Positions 26,731-40,084 of a DNA stretch of 64,000 nt are shown here, one piece after another. Each line of letters starts with the position of its first letter. Within the stretch, counting starts at the first letter, position 1. The position numbers and the translations under genes are program-made. The stretch is from Eledone cirrhosa. Taxonomy: Eukaryota. Location: assembly GCA_964016885.1 (NCBI GenBank), contig OZ024741.1, positions 131,812,001-131,876,000 on the forward strand, read 5' to 3'. The notes under the pieces are model-generated. The model did not search any database. It saw only the letters and a list, made by a program, of their open reading frames with translations, and had not been told where the DNA came from.

Positions 26731-27249
26731 GCTATTTGTTTATTTCGTGGTAGTCTCTTTAGTATTTTGGCCCCTTTTGTTGACCAGTCACCGTATCATT
26801 TACGTACTTATACCTCTTAAAAGGGTCCTTGCCTAATTCGTCCCACCTAGTTCTTTTACTTATTTCCTTATTTATTTATTTATTTATTTATTTACTTCTT
26901 TCTTTCTTTCTTTATTTTATTCTCGCCTAACAATAGCCTGACACCTAGGTCGTAGAATTTAATTTTTTCTTTACACTTATTTGCTTTTCTTCACTCTCAG
27001 TATTTTTTCTTTCCTATTTTTACCCCCCATTGTTCTACCTACCGTTCCGACTTCCTCCCCCTCCCCCTCCCCTGTATCTTCTTTGACCTCATGCCCAGCT
27101 GTAGCTGGCACTACCAACGCTTGATTGGGTCTACTCCACCCCCTCCCCTCTTTCTCCTACTGGCAGGTTTAGCCACCAACTCCCCTACTAATTTGCAACC
27201 ACAGAATTACTACTGATTTTTGACAATCACTTTGACCATATATGGAATT

Positions 27250-27343
27250 ACCCCTTGAGAAGATCGGCTATTTAAATACCAGGATAAATGTTCATTTAGT
27301 CCAGAATTAGCCGTCGAAACGGCTTGAGCTCAGCTGTCGGGGT
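27250..27343 (+). ncRNA. Type I hammerhead ribozyme, U3-A8 core variant
   Basis: ACCCC TTGAGAA GATCGGCTA...TAGCCGTC GAAAC GGCT TGAGCTC AGCT GTC GGGGT; helix I 5 bp, helix II 8 bp with one bulge, helix III 6 bp, GUC site. Confidence 0.8.
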
Positions 27344-27353
27344 CTTACTGGTT

Positions 27354-27411
<58 letters not shown>

Positions 27412-27412
27412 A

Positions 27413-27484
<72 letters not shown>

Positions 27485-27485
27485 T

Positions 27486-27534
<49 letters not shown>

Positions 27535-27575
27535 ATATATCTATATATGTATATATATATATATATATGTGTGTA

Positions 27576-27620
<45 letters not shown>

Positions 27621-27934
27621 GTGTGTGTATGTGTGTGTATATGATTACACAAGTGCTTTTTCTCAAAAAACACTTTCCGTTCCCCCCTCTTCTCACTCTC
27701 TATCTTTCTATTTCATCTTTTATTTCTCATTCTAACAAAAGATGAAAGACTACTGTCCGGAACGTAAAAGTTCTTTTCCTACTCTATCAAGCATTAAACT
27801 AATATATTTCGTCATTTTGTTGTGTTGGATGAAACAGATGTAGTTGCTATTTTTAAAACTAATGCTATATTCGATGAATCTTTAACTTTCTCGTGTTTAT
27901 ATATAAGAACCGTGCATTCATTTGTTTATTGGAT

Positions 27935-28810
27935 GCTGCATCGAGATGCATGAATTTTGTTTTGTCAGCATTCAAGAAGAGTCCAATGGAGTGAACTGCA
28001 GCCTCCACCCTGTGACTTACTTCTTCATCTTCTTTGCAAGTATTTTCTAGGAGAGCTATGGCATCAGCGTAGGCCATTTCAGGTAGAACTTTTTCCGGGT
28101 GATGGGTGCTTTGTCGACTTTTTAGCATTATCTGTCTGGTGATGCAATGGCATTACGCAGTACATAGTCAAGGCATATCGCAAAAAGGATCGCAGTGGAT
28201 CTCCTTGGAGGTTTCCGATATCAATGAGGAGTAGGTCTATGTTTCCCTCGGATGACATCACAAGTGCTGAAGTATGCTCATATATGACTTTAATTACATT
28301 CATGATCTGATGAGGTATGCCATAAAGAAGACCTTTTAACATTTCGTTCGCTCGATCGAATCAAAAGCTTTCCTGAAATCTATGGATACAATTGCTGCCT
28401 CCTTCTTGTGATTCCGTACTTCCTCATCAATCCTTCTAAGAAGCAAGATATGTGAGGAAGTAGAGCGAAATGGCTGAAATCCAATTTCGCTGCGACGTAG
28501 ACTGTTGTCGATACTTATTCTGATCCTATTCTACATCATTCTGTTGCAAGACTTTGCTGTAATTTGCGTAAGACTGATGCTTCTATGGCTTGTGAAAATG
28601 GTAAAGACATCTTTCTTAGGAATTGTTACTATTCTTGATAGTCCTCAATGCACAGGCCTGAGCCCATCAAACGTCTCGATACAGAAGTTTCTTAGAAAGT
28701 TGCGAGCATTAAGTAGTTTCTATAGGTCTACTGTTAGGCCATCAAGCTCAGGAGCTTTGCTTGGTTTCATTGCCTTTAGTGTATTGTGCACCTCTTGTAC
28801 AGAGATGTTA
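27935..28810 (-). pseudogene. Decayed RTE-like reverse transcriptase fragment
   Basis: Frameshifted IDFRKAFDSI, YGIP, QGDPL, AYADAIALL, IGLFLNADKTKFM. Confidence 0.85.
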
Positions 28811-28844
28811 TCTAAGTTATATATATATATATATGTTATCTAAG

Positions 28845-28927
<83 letters not shown>

Positions 28928-28990
28928 TATATACATATATATGTATGTATATATATATATATATATACATAATATACATGTATATATATG

Positions 28991-29036
<46 letters not shown>

Positions 29037-29101
29037 CATATATATATGTATGTATATATATATATATATATATATATACATAATATACATGTATATATAT
29101 G

Positions 29102-29139
<38 letters not shown>

Positions 29140-29250
29140 CGTTATTCCGGGTTGAATCGGAGGTAACCACAGTAAGTAAGGTACTCAATACATAGCAGAG
29201 TATAACAGTTTTAATATAGATTAAGATTCCTGATGATTTAATATAGATAT

Positions 29251-29301
29251 AGATTCCTGATGATTTCAAATGAATGAAACAGTTCTAGTCCTGTAGAATC
29301 T
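29251..29301 (+). ncRNA. Type I hammerhead ribozyme (family D) in ~170-bp element 29140-29317
   Basis: AGATTC CTGATGA TTTC AAAT GAAT GAAAC AG TTCTAGTC CT GTA GAATCT; helix I extends via TTAATATAGAT/ATCTATATTAA; decayed sisters at 61075-61260. Confidence 0.8.
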
Positions 29302-29313
29302 CATCTATATTAA

Positions 29314-29388
<75 letters not shown>

Positions 29389-29570
29389 AGCAAGCAAGCA
29401 CGTCTATTTAGAAGATGTTGTCAAGTGAAAATTGCAAACTGTATGAGCAGCTTTCGCCGTACGTTTGACCGCTGGAAATAGTTTAATAACTGGGCATATA
29501 AGCCTCTAGAAAGGCTGCAAATGGGCATCAGCACGTATATGGATATATATATATAGAGAATATATATATA

Positions 29571-29671
<101 letters not shown>

Positions 29672-30010
29672 TATATAGTATTTGCCTTATGTGTTTGCTG
29701 TTGTTCATTACGTTATTTTTCTCTTTTTTTCTTACCTAATATCATTTATACAATTCAGTAACTTCAACTTCAAGTATGTATTAGGTAACTAAACCTATCA
29801 CTAGCCTTGCAAGCTCGCATCTACAGAAACATAAAACAAAAGAATTTGGAAGCCCAACCATGGATAAATTCCTAATATACTTCTAATGCTCTCAACTGAA
29901 ATAAACTGAAATAATGCGTGCAAACTACGATTGTAAGTCTTCAGAATATCAGCATACGTGCCAGAGGGGTAAATATCAACAAACTATTTATATAAATGTA
30001 TGTATATATG

Positions 30011-30081
<71 letters not shown>

Positions 30082-30100
30082 TATGCATATATATATAATA

Positions 30101-30163
<63 letters not shown>

Positions 30164-30347
30164 GTATGTATATATATATATAATATACCAAATATACTGT
30201 ATATATGCATATTTCGATGTTAGCATACATGCAATAGTACATATGTGAATGAATACTTGTTAGATGTACGCTGTTGGTGGCCTTCTGGCTCGCTACACAG
30301 TCTTTTAGTGTTGCATTGGTTCTTCAGTGACGTTATATAGTTTCAGA

Positions 30348-30487
<140 letters not shown>

Positions 30488-30521
30488 CATCTGAAACTAT
30501 ATAACGTCGCTGAAGCTCCTT

Positions 30522-30572
<51 letters not shown>

Positions 30573-30817
30573 CACAGGAATCAAAGTTATGTTCAAACCA
30601 TTTATTAGCTTACAATTGTTTCATCCAAACCGAGGTTTGGAGTCTCCGGAGCATTTTTTGTAATAAGGTAGTAATAAATTACTGTCTTTCACTGTTTAGG
30701 GTTTAAAATATGTATAACTATAAAAAGTTTTAGTATATACATAACCATAAATAGTAACCTTAATACTATATATATATATATATATTCATCTGAAACTATA
30801 TAACGTCGCTGAAGCTC

Positions 30818-30908
<91 letters not shown>

Positions 30909-30920
30909 ATATATATATAA

Positions 30921-31257
30921 AGGAGCTATAACAGGATATATCAATTGAGAAACAAACTAGTATTTTGTACATATATAGAAAACAAATATGTAAATTAAAA
31001 TACATACTCCTAGGTGTTAATTGAACCACCTAACCATACTAAGGTAGGATATCATGATCTTAAGAAGTTTACCAAATCGATAATTGGTGATCAAAGGATT
31101 GCATTTTATTTTTGATTTTTGATTACCAGAAACAGATCTGTCTATGAGAGTATAGACCATTTAATACCTAGGTCTATGGCTATGAATTTACAAATAATTT
31201 GTTCTGTATATATGTACAAAATATTAATTTGTTTCTCAATTGATATATCCTATTATA
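30921..31257. mobile_element. Fold-back element with ~70-bp inverted ends and a degenerate HHR 3' half
   Basis: 30927-30996 inverted versus 31185-31257; internal long stem then GAAAC AGATCT GTC; CTGANGA not intact. Confidence 0.5.
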
Positions 31258-31551
31258 TATCCTATTTATACTTATATTACTGATACTCTGAACTGACGTT
31301 TATTGAGTTTGTATCGATATACATTTTATATGTTTTGATTAGACCTAAAATTGGCTTGGTTCTACTCCTTATTTGTCCAAATAAGTTTAAGTTGTCTAAA
31401 ATAGATTCGCCTGAAGATCTTTCTCAAACACCTTGAGGCCTCTCCCGTTTTATCTACCTTTCTGTTAAACGTTATCTTCACACCATATTTCAAATATGTG
31501 TATTGATTAACCCTAAAAGTAGGTTATATATATATATATATATATATATAA

Positions 31552-31737
31552 TAATTGTTTCTACTTTTGGCACAAGGCCAGCAATTACCCAGTGCGTTAC
31601 TGGTACTTTATTTTATCGACCCCGTAAGGATGAAAGGCAAAGTAAACCTCGGCGGGATTTGAAGTCAGAATGGCAAGGGCCGTAACTCTATGCGTCAAAG
31701 CATGGCGTCCGACCCTCTACCGGTACTGCCAATCCAC
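31552..31737 (-). mobile_element. SINE family S1
   Basis: Full match to the S1 consensus. Confidence 0.85.
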
Positions 31738-31796
31738 AATAATAATGATAATAATGAATAACAAAAAAAATGATCGCTCTACATGGCTGAATACAA

Positions 31797-31971
31797 TAAA
31801 TGTAATCTGAGTTTTTTGAATATTGATAATAATATTCGATTCCTTTACAATCATGCAGAAGAGCAAGAATGGGGGGTTCATTCTAATGACATGGCTTAGA
31901 AGAGGCCGTTTGCATAATTGCAAAGGAATCGAATATTATTATTAATATTCAAAAAACTCAGATTACATTTA
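31797..31971. mobile_element. Fold-back short element (sister at 60533-60660)
   Basis: ~55-bp inverted ends TAAATGTAATCTGAGTTTTTTGAATATT...; interior carries a decayed CAGAAGA-hairpin HHR-like motif. Confidence 0.6.
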
Positions 31972-32011
31972 TATATATATATATATGTTTATATACATAT
32001 ATATATATGTT

Positions 32012-32112
<101 letters not shown>

Positions 32113-32343
32113 AGAAATATCAAAATATCAAAGCAAACAACATTGTACTATGAAGAAATATATTAGTTGAACGCTTGATATAGTAGGAAAAGTGCCTTAA
32201 CGTTTCGGACACTAGTCCTACCTCTTTAGATAGGATGAGAAATAGCAAATTAAATAGGAAAATAGAGAGTGTGAAGAGGAAGAAGCGGAAACAATTTATT
32301 TAGAAAAAAACATATGTATATTCTGTCAGCCAATTTGGATATC

Positions 32344-32412
<69 letters not shown>

Positions 32413-32630
32413 GCGCGTGCGTGTGCGCGTGCGTGTGCGTGTGTGTGCGAGCATGTAAGAAGCAATGTCAAGATTCAAGCAGTCATTTATACAAAATAGT
32501 TTTAAAACGCCATTTTCTATTTATATATTTTGATTTTTTTATCATTCCTGTTGGTTTGAACAATACAATGGTGAATAAACTGAAAGGAGCAGGGGGAAAC
32601 AAACAACAGATATGGTGGAAAACATCACAC

Positions 32631-32688
<58 letters not shown>

Positions 32689-32781
32689 ATCTTAGTAGTG
32701 GTGATGTTAGCGCGGTAGATGGTGGATGGCGTCTGTTAATGGTATCAACAAAAGCAATATGATGATAAAATATACTAACAA

Positions 32782-32786
32782 TAATT

Positions 32787-32827
<41 letters not shown>

Positions 32828-33257
32828 GATTTCATTTATTGGCCACAAGGGCCGACATGTAGGGGACAATACAAAGACAGGGACAGTGGGGATTTACAAT
32901 AAGGTCGAGTAAAAGTGCACAATGGCAAGACTAATTTAACAATGTAGATATAAAAATATAAAATAAACTATGCATAAATACAACAAAATAAATTCCCCCA
33001 TAGGGGGTGGACGATCCGGGGGTGACTCGGGTACCCCACCAATCTTGAACCACCCTGTGCTTCTAGGGAACCCAGGAAGAGCACCCCTCTCCTCAAGTTA
33101 GCTAGCCTATAGGCGCATTCATCCACCTTTTAGCAAATGTAGTGGGGGGCAGCACTTCTCTCTCCACCCTCACCTTCCTTTCCAGGTGAAACTTGAAGAA
33201 GTTGATGAGGAATTGGCCGAAGAGAAAAGTGTCTGTCTTCAGTCCTTTTAATCTGGT
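32782..33257 (-). mobile_element. 3' fragment of the same Tx1 LINE family
   Basis: Reverse complement matches 22665-23127 (GTCGGCCCTTGTGGCCAATAAATGAAATC, GAAGACAGACAC), with (ATT)n tail. Confidence 0.9.
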
Positions 33258-33559
33258 AATGATAATAATAATAATAATAATAACGGATGTGGTTGCGATG
33301 ATGATGATGATGGTGGTGATGTGCTAACTCAAGAAATAAATCTACGATTAAAAGAGAAAAGAAATAAAGTGACATGAAGACACATGGACAGACGTCAGTT
33401 TACTGCACTGAATATACTGCATGATTAGATCTCTTGATGGAGAGATGGAAGTTCACATGGAGGGATGGGTGTTCACATGGAGGGATGGATGTTCACATGG
33501 AGGGATGGATGGGCGGATGGGTAAAAAGATACTTTCTGGGATGACTGGATAGATGTAGG

Positions 33560-33560
<1 letters not shown>

Positions 33561-33642
<82 letters not shown>
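33561..33642 (+). repeat. (GATA)n microsatellite
   Basis: Perfect tetranucleotide run. Confidence 0.95.
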
Positions 33643-33847
33643 GCAGGGATAGATGCAGGGATGGATGTATGGATGGATGGATGAGTGAATAGTTAGATGG
33701 ATGGAAATAAATATATAACGGTTAAACAACCTTCAATTACCCTTTTCTATTCTCTTCCTAAATTTTAATAAAAATAGTGTAAACTAAAGCAAATTAAAAG
33801 AACATAATCACACACACACCCACACACACATACACATACACACACAT

Positions 33848-33961
<114 letters not shown>

Positions 33962-34544
33962 ACATATATATATATATATACATACAAATATATTTCAGCC
34001 AACTACACCAGTATGAAAATTATCATCATCATCATCTCCCCCACCACAACAATCATCGTCATCATCATTATCGTTATATCCTCCACAATCGCAAAGACCT
34101 CCAAAACTACCCCATCATCATAATCATCTCCACCACCATGTTTATCAAGCCAGACCACCACCAAAGCCACCTTCACCATCATCTCCACAATCACCATCAC
34201 AAGCACCAACACCACCACCATGATCTCCACCACTCCCATTACCAGATCCACCACAACCACAGACACCAGCAACACCAACAACAACAACAAAAATCATCAC
34301 TTCCAACACCACAACCACCAACAGCACAACCATCAACACCACAGCCACCAACACCACAACCACCAACACCACCACAACTACAACCACCCACGCCACAGCC
34401 ATCAATACCAACACCAACATTACCACAACCACCAACACCACCATAACCACAACCACCCACATACAACCACCAACACTACCAACACCATCATCACATCTAC
34501 CATTACCATAACTACAGATACCACCACAGTGAACCCACCTCCCA

Positions 34545-34835
34545 ACACAATCACAACCACCCACACCTCCATAATCACAACCACCAACACCTCCATAACC
34601 ACAACCACCACCAACACCTCCATAAGCACAACTACCACCAACACCTCCATAACCACAACCACCAACACCTCCATAACCACAACCACCACCAACACCTCCA
34701 TAACCACAACCACCACCCACACCTCCATAATCACAACCACCAACACCTCCATAACCACAACCACCACCAACACCTTCATAACCACAACTACCACCAACAC
34801 CTCCATAACCACAACCACCAACACCTCCATAATCA
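34545..34835. repeat. 21/24-bp minisatellite (AACACCTCCATAACCACAACC[ACC]) within C/A-rich low-complexity DNA
   Basis: About 12 tandem variant units. Confidence 0.85.
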
Positions 34836-35237
34836 AAACCACGCACATATAACCACCAACACAACCAACGCCACATCCATCACCTCTACCACAGATTACC
34901 ACCACAGGGAACACATCACCAACAACAACACAATAAACAACACAACCAACACCACAGCCACCAACACCATAACCAGAACCACCCATCACATCTACCATTA
35001 CCATAATCACAGATACACCACAATCAACCTCCACCCCAACAACAAAAAACAACAACAGCATTGTAACAACCAACAGGACAACTATTGATTATACAGAATG
35101 ATACAATAATAGCCGGCAGATATAACCATTAACTGGATGACAGAATAGAAACGTGAAAGTACAAGATAGCGTTAGAAACAATTGGAAACATAAGATAGCA
35201 ATAAATATAAACAAATACACACGCATTCAGATGCATA

Positions 35238-35319
<82 letters not shown>

Positions 35320-35347
35320 CACTCATCGACACATGATCACACACACA

Positions 35348-35400
<53 letters not shown>

Positions 35401-35431
35401 GTGTGTGTATTTGGGTATGTGTGATGCGTAC

Positions 35432-35496
<65 letters not shown>

Positions 35497-35581
35497 CACA
35501 TATACATTAAGAATAAGTGCGAAGATTGGTATAGATGTTTAAAATTCTTTATGTGTGTGTGTGTATATATATATACATACA

Positions 35582-35651
<70 letters not shown>

Positions 35652-35849
35652 GTATGTGCATACGCGATAATGTATGTAAGCTAACTTAATCAAGTAATCA
35701 CTTGCAGGCATATGTATGTTGAAACAAATATTTATCATTTATGCATTGATATTCCTTTAATTGTTCTCTTGATTCAGTTACCCACATATATAATACCATT
35801 ATAGCTAGATTACTGCTTTTAAGATACATTCCTGATGTATCTTATATAT

Positions 35850-35904
<55 letters not shown>

Positions 35905-36199
35905 AGTGCGTATATGCATATATATTTTAATGTATATATAAAAATATACATGCCTGCATACATACATATATAGATACATACATACATGCATACATACATA
36001 CATACATACATACATACATACATACATACATACTGCTCAACAAAGGGCCAGGAGGGGGGGGGGGTCCACGTGCTTCACTGAAAATATTGCAAAATTCACA
36101 AGACATAAAACTGCATGTACGTACGGGTGTATGTGTGTATGCGTGTACGTACGTGCGTATGTGTGGTGTGTGTGTGTGTGTGTGTGTGTGTATGCGTGT

Positions 36200-36610
36200 T
36201 CTTCTTCACCCCACGTATTCCTGTGAATGTTAAATTATCAGTCACGCCTTCCCAAGTATCTTATCAGAAGCAGCGGTCTCAAACTGATCCTACAGAATCC
36301 GAACAAACACTCTTAGTAGGTGGCAACATCCGTGATATAGCGACACCGCCACCGGTAACGCCAACCTAGCTACCGTTCTCCCGCCCAGTACAAGAGGAGC
36401 CGCGAAATCACACCAAAGGTTTGCGCGTTCTCTCTATAGCGTGTTGGCGCTTATCTTGAAGCCTCTATGCCGGAAGACTAGCTGGACTCAAATTGGGTTT
36501 GAGAGCTCAACCCGCTGCCACCTTAGTTTGGCGATTACATTCTGTGCACCGCCACCCTCTTTGTGTTCACAGCGGCGGCTGTGGTGACGACTGAATTGCC
36601 ACCATTAGTA
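36200..36610. promoter_or_regulatory. Unique CpG-enriched island; candidate promoter or regulatory element
   Basis: Many CpGs in otherwise AT-rich DNA; CCGGAAG (ETS-like), CCCGCCC (Sp-like), AGTAGGTGGCA (CTCF-like). Confidence 0.35.
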
Positions 36611-38534
36611 TGTATGTATGTATGTATGTATGTATGTATGTATGTATGTATGTATGTATGTATGTATGTATATATGTATGTATGCATATGTGTACATATG
36701 TGTCCGTTTGTGTATGTGTTCCCTGCAAGGGCAATCATTAGAATTTTGTTTCAAATTTTCACTGTACTAAATGTATTTCTGTAGGCGGTGATATCTGAGG
36801 GAAAAGTATTTTTTCTGCCTTCTTTATAAATTGTTTCAGTGACATAAATCTCACCAGTCTTGTGGGTGGATGTACTTTATTTTGAAGGTCTGTAAATATC
36901 AAGCGTCCGTCCCTTCTCTTTCTCGTTGACTGGTAAGAAAGTCTGTCCTTCCTATTGAAATATTATGAGGTATTCAACTCCCATGAGAAATTGATATTTT
37001 ATAAAATATATAAACACGCTATCACAGATTTATACAGAAATTGTTATTTAGGTCTTACTAAACACTTTTCTTAACTTACACGTAATTCTTTTATTCATCA
37101 ATTTGAAATACAGATAGTAAAGCCTCCTCGTGGGAAAAAATATTGTTGTTTTTGCAGTTGTGTATTTAGCACCAGGTTAGAGATGATTGACGAAGTCTTT
37201 TGATTAAAAATAGAGTGCATCAGATTCTAGGAGTGCATCAGTTTATGTAATGTAGTGTGACGTGTAGTGTTATCGTTTAGGTCAGCTTTGACTGGGAAAG
37301 AGCTATGATCAAGTGTTCAAAATCTAATCTTCCGAATGTGTATCTTGAAGTATATTCAGTTGTGTAGTATGATGTTTATCCCCTGATCAGACTTAAATTC
37401 AAATGTGTTCCAGCCACAAAGATTCCATTATTGTCTTACGTGTATAGGACACAGCAAAGTGTAATGGCTTCGCAATCATTAGTTCTGGATTCGATCATAT
37501 GGCGTGACTTATTGGGAAAATGTCATTTACTATAGCCTTGAATCGGCCTATGCTTTGTGAATGGAGTCGGGTGGACTGAAAATGTTTGAAACCCATTGGA
37601 TGAACTATGCCTGTAATTCACAATGTGTCACGCTGAATTTCCCCTAATTACGTTAACCATATACTTGCCCGCTAATTTCACAAGTAGGCTCTTCCGTTGA
37701 CCGAAGGTCGTTCGTTTGATCTGTATGGGTGTTTTTCTGTTTTATTTTGGATATCAAGGAGTTTTGGTCGTAAAAGGAAATGATGAAAGACAAAGTTGAT
37801 CTCGGTGGGATTTGAACTCAGAGCATAGAGTCGGGACAAATAATGCTAAGCACTCTGTCCGATGTTAAAAAAACTCTACCAATTCGCCGCCCTGCTATTA
37901 ATCCGAATGAAACATAAAAAATACCCCTTTATTTATGGGATATTGAGATATACACCATAAAAATAGCCATACTATTCTTAGACACTGGTTGAAAAACTAG
38001 ATTCATTTAGATATATATCTTTTATAACCAAAATCCCCAGCCCGAACTAACACACACAAACACACACACATGCACTCACACACACACATATATATATATA
38101 TACATATGCCTGTGTGTATGTGTGTGTGTATATATGTATGAATGCATGTATATACATACATACATACATACATACATACATACATACATACATACATACA
38201 TACATACAATCGTACATACGTACGTATATATGCCCACAAACAACACATACATTAACGGAGATAAACAAACGAAGAACTCGTCCTTCTCCCAAAACATCCA
38301 AGTTTCTTGTCTAAATATAGCGTGTTCTCTGTGTCATTTGTATTGGTGTGAACTCATCTGGCAAAAATGAATGGTACCTGTAATTAAAGAGGTCTGCCTT
38401 TTCACAAACTGCGTCACGCTGAACTTCATGAGAATTACGTGAAGTGCACACTTGTCTTTGGAATGCTCAGACACTTGCACATAAACTTCAAGACCGGGCT
38501 GTTACGTTGTTCGAGCAACGAAACAGCTACTGTG

Positions 38535-39660
38535 TCTTTTATATTAGTGTAGTATATTCTCTACAACTGTTATATTAGTCTTTTATATTAGTGTAGTTTA
38601 TTGTCTACATCTGTTATATTAGTGTAATATATTGTCTGGGTCTTTTATATTTTTGTAGTTTATTGTCTACATCTGTTATATTAGTGTAATGTATTGTCTG
38701 GGTCTTTTATATTAGTGTAGTATATTGTCTACATCTGTTATATTAGTGTAGTGTGTTGTCTGGGTCTTTTATATTAGTGTAGTATATTGTCTACATCTGT
38801 TATATTAGTGTAGTGTGTTGTCTGGGTCTTTTATATTAGTGTAGTATATTGTCTACATCTGTTATATTAGTGTAGTGTGTTGTCTGAGTCTTTTATATTA
38901 GTGTAGTATATTGTCTACATCTGTTATATTAGTGTAAAGTGTTGTCTGAGTCTTTTATTATAGTGTAGTATATTGTCTACATCTGTTATATTAGTGTAAA
39001 GTGTTGTCTGAGTCTTTTATATTAGTGTAGTATATTGTCTACATCTGTTATATTAGTGTAAAGTGTTGTCTGAGTCTTTTATTATAGTGTAGTATATTGT
39101 CTACATCTGTTATATTAGTGTAAAGTGTTGTCTGAGTCTTTTATTATAGTGTAGTATATTGTCTACATCTGTTATATTAGTGTAAAGTGTTGTCTGAGTC
39201 TTTTATATTAGTGTAGTATATTGTCTACATCTGTTATATTAGTGTAAAGTGTTGTCTGAGTCTTTTATTATAGTGTAGTATATTGTCTACATCTGTTATA
39301 TTAGTGTAGTGTGTTGTCTGAGTCTTTTATTATAGTGTAGTATATTGTCTACATCTGTTATATTAGTGTAAAGTGTTGTCTGAGTCTTTTATATTAGTGT
39401 AGTATATTGTCTACATCTGTTATATTAGTGTAAAGTGTTGTCTGAGTCTTTTATATTAGTGTAGTATATTGTCTACATCTGTTATATTAGTGTAGTATGT
39501 TGTCTGAGTCTTTTATTATAGTGTAGTATATTGTCTACATCTGTTATATTAGTGTAGTGTGTTGTCTGAGTCTTTTATTATAGTGTAGTATATTGTCTAC
39601 ATCTGTTATATTAGTGTAAAGTGTTGTCTGAGTCTTTTATATTAGTGTAGTGCGTTGTGT
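38535..39660. repeat. 62-bp minisatellite built from two 31-bp subunits (~18 copies)
   Basis: TCTTTTATATTAGTGTAGTATATTGTCTACA + TCTGTTATATTAGTGTAAAGTGTTGTCTGAG; decayed continuation at 39946-40035. Confidence 0.95.
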
Positions 39661-39945
39661 CTAAAAGTCTAAAGTCTGTCTTAAGCCAGAAGTGCTTATC
39701 CCGGTGCTTATCCCGATTTCATGGCGTGAAGCGACTGAGAGTACAAGACTCCCCACAGGAGAGGACGCCAGTCCATCGCAGGGCTAAACCCCCAGCTATT
39801 GCTGGTACTCATTTTCAGCTGAGTATACTGGAGCAACGTGAAATGAAGTGTTTTGCTCAAGAACACAACACGCAACCCAGGAATCGAACCCACAACATTA
39901 TGATCGTAAGTCCAACACTCTTACCACGAGGCCACGTGCCCCCAC
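39661..39945 (-). mobile_element. Full-length tRNA-derived SINE with 13-bp TSD
   Basis: A-box TGGCCTCGTGG, B-box GGTTCGATTCC, (GACTTTA)2 tail; TAGTGCGTTGTGT duplicated at 39648-39660 and 39946-39958. Confidence 0.92.
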
Positions 39946-40049
39946 TAGTGCGTTGTGTACATTTGTTATATTATAGTGATGTGTTGTCTGAGTTTTTTTT
40001 ATATTAGTATAGTGTGTTGTGTATATGCGTTATATTCTGTAATAATATT

Positions 40050-40084
<35 letters not shown>

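Larger units (their letters stand above)
24980..27359 (-). mobile_element. 5'-truncated Penelope-like element (Naiad-type EN) with ~625-bp inverted repeats
   Basis: Arms 25058-25685 and 26736-27359 are near-identical and inverted; spacer holds the GIY-YIG C-terminus; one HHR per arm; (TA)n on both sides. Confidence 0.9.

Noticed and set aside
27735-27775. GATGAAAGACTACTGTCCGGAACGTA resembling family H HHR
   Set aside because: Both core strands mutated; only a possible relic
34145-34876. GGCGYGGV-repeat ORF resembling chorion or keratin-associated proteins
   Set aside because: Arises from a 21/24-bp minisatellite open in several frames on both strands; no signal peptide or ATG/splice support
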